DNA of 20,000 nucleotides from an uncultured virus (IMG/VR IMGVR_UViG_3300002835_000029) (Duplodnaviria > Heunggongvirae > Uroviricota > Caudoviricetes): positions 108,859-128,858 of the IMG/VR virus record IMGVR_UViG_3300002835_000029. The stretch is one strand, 5' to 3'. Under the pieces are notes generated by a model. That model was not told the origin of the DNA, searched no databases, and worked only from the letters and a program-made list of their open reading frames with translations. Below are positions 7,631-16,300 of the stretch, one piece after another; within the stretch, counting starts at the first letter, position 1, and each line of letters starts with the position of its first letter. The position numbers were made by a program, and so were the translations under genes.

Positions 7631-8419
7631 ATTAACTTCTCCTTCTGAAACATTGGAAATAGTTTGTTCTTCATTAACAGAGAAAGCCTTGCTAGAATCA
7701 AGAATTATACTTCTAGGATTTGCTGGTCTGGATACTAAACCCTTACCAGAAAAAGAAATATCTCTCAATAATCTACCAATTTGATAGCCTTCGTATTCTC
7801 CGGTTCCACCGTATGCTCTAAGATGTTTTGTTAAAAATGCCGAGTCTTCACTTCGTGCTATAACCTTGGTTTGACCAGAGGTGTCTTTAACGGAGTAATC
7901 AAAACCGGCGAATAAACATTCCATCGAAACGAACCACTTGCCTTGCTCTATCTCTGATATAATCTTACTCATCCTCTCTCTGTTCTCTGGATTAGTCCAG
8001 CTGTTATAAATTACAGCTTCGGTTACGATATCGAACTGAGATGGGGCGTCATCATTTTCAGTTGCGCCGATTTTATTGCCATCTTGATCAACAACATAAC
8101 TTCCAGTGATATGTCCTATGATGTCATTTTCATTATGCATTAAGTTGAATTGTTTATCTTCTGGGGTACTACGAGCCGCCCAAGTTTGCTGCGGATCGAA
8201 AACATCGTCGTTTTTATTCCACCCAGTAGAAACAAGAATTGATTTGATATAGTAAAGATCAATTTGATTAGGATTGCTAGAAGCCTTTACTTTATCAATC
8301 AATCGCTTAATTGAATTTGTTTCGGTTGTTAACACAGCTTGCGAACAATAAGCTACAGTCGTATCACTTTTGATACGTTCTGATACTCCGTCAGCTATTT
8401 CTTGTGCATATATCTTCAT
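7004..8419 (-). CDS. Prohead maturation protease fused to a C-terminal acidic coiled-coil scaffold, 471 aa
   Basis: The N-terminal domain has NKNDDVF, FNLMHNENDIIGHI (candidate His), VSMECLF (candidate Ser) and FSGKGLVSRPANPRS, as in HK97/herpes-fold prohead proteases. The C-terminal ~200 aa are E/K/A-rich and helical. The gene sits upstream of the decoration and capsid genes. Confidence 0.8.
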   Translation of the reverse strand: MKIYAQEIADGVSERIKSDTTVAYCSQAVLTTETNSIKRLIDKVKASSNPNQIDLYYIKSILVSTGWNKNDDVFDPQQTWAARSTPEDKQFNLMHNENDIIGHITGSYVVDQDGNKIGATENDDAPSQFDIVTEAVIYNSWTNPENRERMSKIISEIEQGKWFVSMECLFAGFDYSVKDTSGQTKVIARSEDSAFLTKHLRAYGGTGEYEGYQIGRLLRDISFSGKGLVSRPANPRSIILDSSKAFSVNEEQTISNVSEGEVNMSENIEEKQLDTAPVVEEAVQVVAVAEEVKVENNTSELEAALAAKDTEIQAYASKVTTLEETIANLQKDLAAVNKDMEEMKKKEKDRSRKEKLVMAGFEDAEADESLSLYDALSDEAFEAVVAAMKKKWGAMKDKMMKEDKEEKKEMASEVAATEEKTEVAEESTAQLFEEVKSTEATLVDASDEGEEIEATRASVAEWLTNNVLRNK

Positions 8420-8440
8420 ATTTTTTCCTTGGTGTCTCTC

Positions 8441-8459
8441 AAGATAATATACACAAAAA
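8441..8459 (-). promoter_or_regulatory. Putative late promoter motif, copy 1 (TTTTTGTGTATATTATCTT)
   Basis: 17/19 identical to 5427..5445. It is intergenic and ~21 nt upstream of the protease ATG, which has an AAGGA RBS. Confidence 0.7.
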
Positions 8460-8485
8460 TCGTATAAACATATTAAATTGATTAC

Positions 8486-8866
8486 TTAACGATCACCAGT
8501 TAGTGAGGCATTAAAATCTTGAGGAGTAACCGGCGGGAGGTTATCATTATCGATAACTGTTACAGTTCCATCTTCATTCATAGTAAATTGACCAACTAAA
8601 GATAATGAATTATATATTGCTTCGGGCTTTATACTAGCAATAAATTGGCCTAAAGCATAGTGTAATTTAAATACTTCCACGGCGTTTGGTCCAAGGGCTT
8701 CAGCAATTTCTGATGGTTTTAATCCATAAGGATTGCTCCAAAATAAGACCGTACCATCATTAAAAGAGTCAGTTATTTGATGAAAAGTCTGACGGGCTTG
8801 ATTAATGATTTGTTTAGCGGACTGTTCTGCTAGGTTTGGCTGAACGTTACCATCTAAAATACTCAT
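8486..8866 (-). CDS. Hypothetical 126-aa protein (possible fibre assembly chaperone)
   Basis: GGAG RBS and ATGA overlap with the upstream small ORF. It is an acidic, helical protein with a WSNPYG motif. Function is inferred only from its position after the fibre genes. Confidence 0.75.
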   Translation of the reverse strand: MSILDGNVQPNLAEQSAKQIINQARQTFHQITDSFNDGTVLFWSNPYGLKPSEIAEALGPNAVEVFKLHYALGQFIASIKPEAIYNSLSLVGQFTMNEDGTVTVIDNDNLPPVTPQDFNASLTGDR

Positions 8867-9039
8867 ATTATTTCTCCATTATTTATGCTTGATATGTAGT
8901 TTATAACAACTTCGTTAACTTCTTCTTGAGTTGGATAATGATCAAATTTGAAAAATTGAGTTGAATTTTCATCAATAGCAACTCTCGCCCTATATTTATT
9001 CGCGGGATCAAGAAAGACTTCGGTAATAGTATAATTCAT
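8863..9039 (-). CDS. Hypothetical 58-aa acidic protein (not in the ORF track)
   Basis: Translates as MNYTITEVFLDPANKYRARVAIDENSTQFFKFDHYPTQEEVNEVVINYISSINNGEII. An AGGTG RBS overlaps the upstream TAG, its TGA overlaps the next ATG (ATGA), and it fills the gap exactly. Confidence 0.85.
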   Translation of the reverse strand: MNYTITEVFLDPANKYRARVAIDENSTQFFKFDHYPTQEEVNEVVINYISSINNGEII

Positions 9040-9046
9040 ATTTCAC

Positions 9047-12000
9047 CTATGCTTGTATTATAGTGAGATCGTCTACGTATCCAGTATAAGATGAACCACC
9101 CCAACATTCTGCTGATATGTCTACTACTCCAACTTCGGTAGGAGTAAAAGTTAGAGTAACTTGCTGCCAAGTGTCCAAAGTTGATGTCACATAACTTGTA
9201 ATATCATTAGGAACGCCAGCTATTTGTCCACCCTTAATTCTTAGTCCCAAGTTTAGCAAATCATTATTTCTTCTCATCCATGCTTTTATTGTAACCAAAG
9301 CGTTTGCATTAACTGCTACTGTAGCTATCTTAAAATCTAATGGATAAAAAGATCCTCTAAAAGTAGTGCTTGTTGGGGCCAAACTCCATGAGTATCCAGA
9401 ATTAGTTTTTCTAACATTTGTTTGTGCGCGTATAATTCCGGCATCTGTTGTTATTAAATAATTGCCGCTAGTATTATCATGATTAGAACTATATATTCTA
9501 CTATTTCCCCAAGTATAACAACCGAATTCTAAACTGTCATTTATAGTGCAATTTTTTAAGAATATTTCGCCATTAAATAAATACATTCCATAGGTACTTC
9601 CATTGTTAGTGGTTGTACAGTTAACATAATTTTCATTATCTGCAACATAGTATCTTACTGCGTCACCAGCATTTTGAATAAAGTTACCATTTATGAAAGT
9701 ATTATTAGAACCACCATCTATAAAAATACTATAATTATTATGTGCTGACAATATATAATTAAATCTATTATATCCACAACCCTGAGTCATAAATATTGAA
9801 TTATTAGCATGATTAGTACCTATAAATTTGTTAAATATATTTCCATTACAACCAAAACTCAATGCAAGTCCCTGCGAAGACGAGCTAGAACTCTTTAAAA
9901 CGTCAAATATATTTTCACTAGTACCGCCAGTAATATCAAAAGAATATTCAGAAGAACCAACGGATTCTATTGTTCCATGATTGCCAAAAGCACATCCGGC
10001 TAGTCTCAGTGGTCTTTGATATCTTACCATTCCTAATTTGTTTATTCGTATATAATTGAAATTACTGGAAGCAAAACAATATCCAAAACCGTTAAGACCA
10101 TCATAGAATGTATCAAGATTTTGAACACTCATGTTGGTTCTATCCCATCCAAATTCATAATTAATATAATTTCCGACAAATCCACCTTCGGCAAAACTTT
10201 GATTAACAGTTGAAACGGTATTTAATATTGGAGTTTTTATACTTTCTCGTTTATATGTAGTAACATTTTCTGTAACTCCATAATAACCTCCTCTATGTGT
10301 GGTACTTGAAGTATTGATACCAAGATTGGCCCCTTGACCAATCATTACTCTAGTTCCGTTAATGCTCATAATAGGATACCATAACTCATCAGTAGTATTT
10401 TTGCTAATCAAAGATTGAAGATTTAAACTATCTGGTAAGGATGGAGCTTTGCAAGCAATTATATTACTAAGTAAAAATGTCTGTGCGCCACGATCAGTGT
10501 CAACATATAAAGCAATACTATTAATGGTACTACTCATCGATGATCCAAGATCAATTGTAAAAGGAATCCAGTTATTGTTAACAACTATTGCTGGAATATT
10601 AAATGTATGTACTGTAGTATCTCCAGTTGCATCAGAGCATAATCGTAGACTAATATCGCCATTTACAGTTGAAGTACCAGCAGTTTGTTTAATATAAAAA
10701 CTAAGCTGTTGATAGCCGCTTAGATTAAGGGTTCCCGTTGATTTGTATGCGGCCTTACCGGTGACAAATGCTGCCCCAATAGCAATACTATCAGAACAGT
10801 CTCCTTCTTTAGAATCTCCAGCAGCAACATCTATAGTAGATAACGAAGTTGTGACATTAGTAGCAGCTGTCCATACTGTTCTTGGATTAGATGCTGTTCC
10901 TCTATTGCCACAACTAGCTATATTTGCTGTAACAGCACTATTTAATGTAACAACCCTATGAGTCATCTTTCTTAAGATACCATTACTAGCTGTTTGATTA
11001 AAATTACCACTAGATCCCACAAGATCGCAACTGCTGCCACTGACATTTGAAACTGTCCACACTCCATTAGCATTAGTATTTCCACCAGTTGAAGTAACGA
11101 GATTAACTAAAACTGTATCTCCGTCACCTATACCCAAAGAAGCCATTGTGCTAGCACAAGTTACTCTTATGGGGCTAGCATTTGTGGCAGTAACCACATT
11201 GCTAGTTCCTGCTCCAACTCTACCGCTAAGGGTTGACCATGTTCCACTTCCAACTATAGTTGGTGCTGGACTTCCCATAATTCTAACTGTGTCACCGGGT
11301 ATTAATTTTGCTGGCGCAATACCATTAGCATTAGTAACAGTTGTGAATGTTTTGCATCTTCCTCCAATATAATATTGTCTATTAGTTTGAGTAGAAACGT
11401 TAAGACCCGCACCATTTACTATTACTACTCTTAAATTAGTAGAATCTATTCTTTGTGTTATATTAAGTGGAGTATAATTAGTACCATTGAATATATTTAA
11501 AAGTTGTTCTGGAGGTTTTTCGTATGACGTAGCAGATGATCCTGCTTCTATCTGAAGGCCACAGATATAAACACCATCAACATCATTTCCTTCATAGCCA
11601 GCCAAATTTAAAGCGGTAGATGAACTTGGAAGTAGAGCTATTTCTAAAGTATCTGCGGCCAAAGAACCAATACTTCCGCTAGTATTTGCTGTTAATAATA
11701 ATCTATACCATCCATTGCCAGCATTTACTATGTTAGAAGACACAGAAGGATCAGCACCTGTGGCTTCAACAACTCCTGTGCTAAGATTATATCTAGCGGT
11801 TTTAGAATCACTAGCAAGTCTCAATAATACCTTAATTTTTTCCGCAGCTTTAACATAAACAGAGATAGTATACTGACTTCCAGTATTCCATGGAGTATAC
11901 AAACTTGTTGCTTGCCAAAATCTCATATTATTTGTGAGTGGAGCGGCTTCTGACAATTTATAAACGGTAGCATCAATTCCACTTGGACCAGCTATGGATT

Positions 12001-12244
12001 CTTTACCAATTTTTGCTGCTGTTAATCCGCCGTTAAGATACAAACAATTACTATACCAAGCAAGATTTTTGGTAGGAGCTATAGTATTATTATTTGGAAA
12101 ATTTGCGCTTGCTGATGTTAATATGCCAAAAACGTTACTAGATCCAGCAGCTAAAGCTCCGTCTGTACCACTAGCCAAAAGAGCAAAGCTAGTTCCACTA
12201 AAGTTATCATCACCATTTTCACTGTCTAAAAAGAATGTTGGCAT
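9047..12244 (-). CDS. 1065-aa mosaic virion adhesin or possible depolymerase (CBM/head-spike-like domain, FCCH-like beta domain, right-handed beta-helix)
   Basis: N-terminal FLDSENGDDNFSGTS is typical of pectin-lyase-fold proteins. YTISVYVK...GNGWYRLLLT...GLQIEAGSSATSY is a jelly-roll motif set (~11512-12070). ATNASPIRVT...GDTVLV...NANGVWTV is a small beta domain (~11003-11200). LNLSGYQQLSFYIK...NNWIPFTIDL is CBM-like. N/I/F-rich ~22-aa periodic repeats run from ~9480 to 10100. Confidence 0.65.
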   Translation of the reverse strand: MPTFFLDSENGDDNFSGTSFALLASGTDGALAAGSSNVFGILTSASANFPNNNTIAPTKNLAWYSNCLYLNGGLTAAKIGKESIAGPSGIDATVYKLSEAAPLTNNMRFWQATSLYTPWNTGSQYTISVYVKAAEKIKVLLRLASDSKTARYNLSTGVVEATGADPSVSSNIVNAGNGWYRLLLTANTSGSIGSLAADTLEIALLPSSSTALNLAGYEGNDVDGVYICGLQIEAGSSATSYEKPPEQLLNIFNGTNYTPLNITQRIDSTNLRVVIVNGAGLNVSTQTNRQYYIGGRCKTFTTVTNANGIAPAKLIPGDTVRIMGSPAPTIVGSGTWSTLSGRVGAGTSNVVTATNASPIRVTCASTMASLGIGDGDTVLVNLVTSTGGNTNANGVWTVSNVSGSSCDLVGSSGNFNQTASNGILRKMTHRVVTLNSAVTANIASCGNRGTASNPRTVWTAATNVTTSLSTIDVAAGDSKEGDCSDSIAIGAAFVTGKAAYKSTGTLNLSGYQQLSFYIKQTAGTSTVNGDISLRLCSDATGDTTVHTFNIPAIVVNNNWIPFTIDLGSSMSSTINSIALYVDTDRGAQTFLLSNIIACKAPSLPDSLNLQSLISKNTTDELWYPIMSINGTRVMIGQGANLGINTSSTTHRGGYYGVTENVTTYKRESIKTPILNTVSTVNQSFAEGGFVGNYINYEFGWDRTNMSVQNLDTFYDGLNGFGYCFASSNFNYIRINKLGMVRYQRPLRLAGCAFGNHGTIESVGSSEYSFDITGGTSENIFDVLKSSSSSSQGLALSFGCNGNIFNKFIGTNHANNSIFMTQGCGYNRFNYILSAHNNYSIFIDGGSNNTFINGNFIQNAGDAVRYYVADNENYVNCTTTNNGSTYGMYLFNGEIFLKNCTINDSLEFGCYTWGNSRIYSSNHDNTSGNYLITTDAGIIRAQTNVRKTNSGYSWSLAPTSTTFRGSFYPLDFKIATVAVNANALVTIKAWMRRNNDLLNLGLRIKGGQIAGVPNDITSYVTSTLDTWQQVTLTFTPTEVGVVDISAECWGGSSYTGYVDDLTIIQA

Positions 12245-12245
12245 A

Positions 12246-13322
12246 TCAAGTCCTATTTAATGAATTTTTAAATGTTTGTAATATACTGTTGTATGATGAA
12301 GCTTCTGATATTGTCAATCCTTGTCCCAATGAATAGTCACTTAATCGTAGATTACTATAATATCCAGCACTTTGTCTAAATAGCAAAAATGTTGGAGTAA
12401 ATCGCGTTAAGGTGGCAGTAACTGGTGTGGTGTTAGTACTTCCAATCTGTGATCCACCTTGATAGACTCTAGAATCTGTTGTTGTTAATCTAGAATTAAT
12501 TAAATGAGTCGCTGGAGATACTAGACCTGTTGACAGTGGACTTAATTGAGCATTTATACCATTCTGGGTTATTGTGGATCTTACATTGGCATATCCGCTT
12601 AGTAATTGAATTGATAATATCCATACATCAACATATGAAGATGTAGAATAAACTATAGTTTGTCCAGCCGCAGATATTGCTGTTGTGGAAACAGTAGCTG
12701 CTATATGTAAATTATCTATTAGTGAACCAATAGCTCCAACCATAGAAGGAGAAAATCCAGTATCTAAATACTTAGTTCCAACATTTTGCTGGGTGGGATC
12801 AGCTCCACTAGAAGTTAATCCAGCATTACTGCCAGTTTCTGAATAATCTCCACTAACAAAATTGTAGTTAATGTCTTTGCCAAAACCATAGGATGGAGAT
12901 AACCAATTTGTAGATAAATATATTGGCACTAGTGCAGAATTTAAATTATCTCCACAAAATAAATTAAGTCTATAAAATTTGCTCCTCAACCCAGCACTAT
13001 CTATGCTATTGCAAAAAGTGTTTAAAGCCGTAATTGTTCCAGCACTAGCACTTCCACCATTGGCTTGAACATTATTTAGCCATAGCTGAACATCTGGATG
13101 ATTATTACCACTTAATATTAACTGAGATGATTTTTTGGTATTATCGAATGCGGGAATGAAGGGTTGGGCCTGCTTTATAATATCAAGACTAAGTGCATCA
13201 CTATTAGTTGCAACAACTTCTACAAACGGCTGACCTTTATAAATAACATCCATAGTCAATAATTGACTTTTTTTAGGAAGTCGTGTTGATCTTTGGAATG
13301 TATTTTGTCTTATACTAAACAT
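12246..13322 (-). CDS. 358-aa putative virion protein (helical domain plus lectin-like C-terminal beta-sandwich)
   Basis: VQANGGSAS...ALNTFCNSIDSAGLRSKFYRLNLFCGDNLNSALVPI, KYLDTGFSP and YSLGQGLTISEASSYNSILQTFKNSLNR resemble a family seen beside fibre genes in aquatic phages (recalled). It is tightly coupled to its neighbours. Confidence 0.6.
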   Translation of the reverse strand: MFSIRQNTFQRSTRLPKKSQLLTMDVIYKGQPFVEVVATNSDALSLDIIKQAQPFIPAFDNTKKSSQLILSGNNHPDVQLWLNNVQANGGSASAGTITALNTFCNSIDSAGLRSKFYRLNLFCGDNLNSALVPIYLSTNWLSPSYGFGKDINYNFVSGDYSETGSNAGLTSSGADPTQQNVGTKYLDTGFSPSMVGAIGSLIDNLHIAATVSTTAISAAGQTIVYSTSSYVDVWILSIQLLSGYANVRSTITQNGINAQLSPLSTGLVSPATHLINSRLTTTDSRVYQGGSQIGSTNTTPVTATLTRFTPTFLLFRQSAGYYSNLRLSDYSLGQGLTISEASSYNSILQTFKNSLNRT

Positions 13323-13325
13323 TTA

Positions 13326-16300
13326 TCACCCATAGTTTTGAGAGAAGCTGCCGTACCAATAGGTTCCATCACTAATAAAACTATATATATCAACTTTACT
13401 AGCGGTAATTGTTGCTGTTGGAATGGCACTATCGGCCCATCTTACTCCAGTAAAAGTGGCAGTATAATTTCCAGAGCCACTATTAAGAAACAAACTAAAA
13501 CTCTTGCCAGCAGTTGCTGTTGGCATGGTAAATGTACAATTACCAGTTAGTGTGCATGTTTGAACAGTTCCACTAGTTAAGCTTATTGTTTGAGATGTGC
13601 TACTATTTCCAATAGCCACAACGCTTTCTGTGAAACTATCAAAAGTAAGATTACCATTGACAATTAATCCACTACTAATTACTCCACTACCTATAACGTG
13701 TAGTTGAGCACTTGGAGTTTGAGTTCCAATGCCAACTTTACCATCATCCATCACATTGAACAAACTATTAGAATTTCTAACTATATTGAAGTAGCCAGAT
13801 GGTATTGCTATGCTAGATGTAGAATTAGTAAATAGTGTTTTTGATGAAGCAAATGCTAATCTATTAAAGTTATTTCCCACTAAAGATGTAAATATTGTAT
13901 TACCAGCGGCTCGACCAACTTGAAAATATGTGGTTGCAACAGAGTCAGCCCATGTTCCTGTCCAGCCATCTAAACCTCTAAAAATATTTTGACCACCAAC
14001 CTTAATGTTTATATCTGAATATGTGCTTGTGGCTTCTATTGATGGAGATCCAGCGACATTTCCATCGGCATTCAAAATTAAAGAAGATCCAGTTCCTATA
14101 AATCTACCGCTACCAGTAACATCTAAGCGATAGGATGGATTATTATTACCTATACCAACATTACCATCGTTTCTAACAAATAATAATGGGCTGTTTCCAC
14201 TATTGACCACATTAAGTGCTGAACTAGCACTTGTTGATCCAGAACCAGCAATAGTTAATCTGCATGTGCCAAGTGGGCTTGTTGTTCCAATACCAATAGT
14301 ACCAGAATTAGTCATCCTCATTAGTTCAACGCCGCCGGGAGTGAATCTTACATGCTGATTATTTGCTCCCGCATTAAGATATCCATGTCCTATATTAATA
14401 TATTGAGATACCGTTCTTCCAAGATCAACATAGCCACCATCTGGAGAAAATACTACACTAGGACCATTAGCATTAATTTCTAGATTACCGTTAGTACCAC
14501 TCCAAATAAAATTTCTAGTTTTTGATGTTCCGCTTCCTACAATATAGAGTTTAGCACTATTATCAATATAAGTATCTCCAACAACATGCAAAGCTCCGCT
14601 TGGAGTGGTGGTTCCAATACCAACGTTTCCCTCTACAATCAAACCATTAGTTGGAGAAGTTACATTATATGCTGATCCTATAGATACTCCACCACTAATT
14701 GCTACTAAACCGCTAGGTGCGGTAAAACCAACACCAAATCTTCCGCCTCCATTACAAACATAAGATACTTGATTAGTTGATGCTCCGCTATGTAACTGAT
14801 ACCTAGAATTTCCAAACTCTGTAATTGTAGCATTAGTGAGAATACTACCTCTTATTACTGCTGATCCATTAACATCTAATTTGTATCCCGCTTGTGGTAC
14901 ACTTGTTCCAATACCAACATTAGTACCATTATCATAAATTAAACTATTACCTAGTCCGCTACCACCAGTTCCAAACTTGCTTAAATAATTAGCAGTCCCT
15001 ACCGGTAGTAGTCCACTTACGCTACTATTGAAATCAGTAATATTTGATGATGTATGAGTATGGCCGCTAACGCTTACACTAGTACCATTAACGGTTAATC
15101 CATTAACGAAGTTATGAATTGCATTAACCGTTCGTGCATTATCAACATGTAAATATTGAGAGTGATCATCATCACCTAATCCGAATAAGCTGCCGTGATC
15201 ATTCTGAGAAACTCCAGCAATAGTACTAATCACAGATACTCGTATATCAAGAATACTATATAAATAGCATTTTGGAGTGTTAGTAAAATCACTATCACCA
15301 GCAAATATTAGTCGATAAAGAGGTTTAACTTCGCTTAATGGAAGATTAGTAAGATTAACATCACTCCAAGAGTTATTACTTTCAGCAGAGCCGGGATTGC
15401 TGTCTACTCTCTGACCCATAATACTAATTATAGGATCATCAATCTGATTAGTTGCAAGAATCCATACTGCGAAATATCTTGTTGCTCCACCGGGACTAAC
15501 ATCTGGAGTTGTCCAAGTTCCACCGCTTAATAAGTTATACTGTGGACCATTAACTCCATACTTTACTGGATAATTTGTGGCGGTATTCTTAACCCACTGA
15601 CCAGTGTTTCCTTGGTGATAATAAACTGGAATTTGAGCAATCGGACTTAACTCTTGACAGAACGGATCAGTGCTAGGACTATTAGTAATATTTATCTCAA
15701 TATCTTCTTGATAAAGAGTACCATTACCAATCGCTATTGTAGCATCGCTATTGCTATTTCCATTTCCGCTAGTAGAGTAATTACCAATGCTCAAACCGCC
15801 AACATATTGTGAGCCAAAAGTATTATGAATCCACTTGTGAGTGCTAGTATCCATCACAATACCGTGACGTTCTTCAGCAAAAAAAGTCATTTGTCCACTA
15901 GGACCAACTCCACTGTTCCAAGCTACATATGCGATAGGAATATCACTACTAAAATCAAAGCTTGTAGTTTTATTTGATATTTGATTATTAACAGTATCAA
16001 AATGAATATAATTAATTTGAGTAAGATTAGGTATAGTTAAACTATCACCACTAGTTTTAACAACTTTGATGCCTTTATTGTAATAACTATATGAACTTCC
16101 TGTGGGTTCTATTCTAAATATGTTACCACTAACACTAATTCTACTATCAGTTCTATTGACAAATCCTTGAGGCTGTTGACTGTCAACGTGAACTAAGTTT
16201 GTAGAAGCAACGGTATAAACGCCGCTATTATTAGTAATATTAATATCATAACCAGCAAGAATATTTTTAACTGGTAATAAACCACTAACGGAAGAATTAA

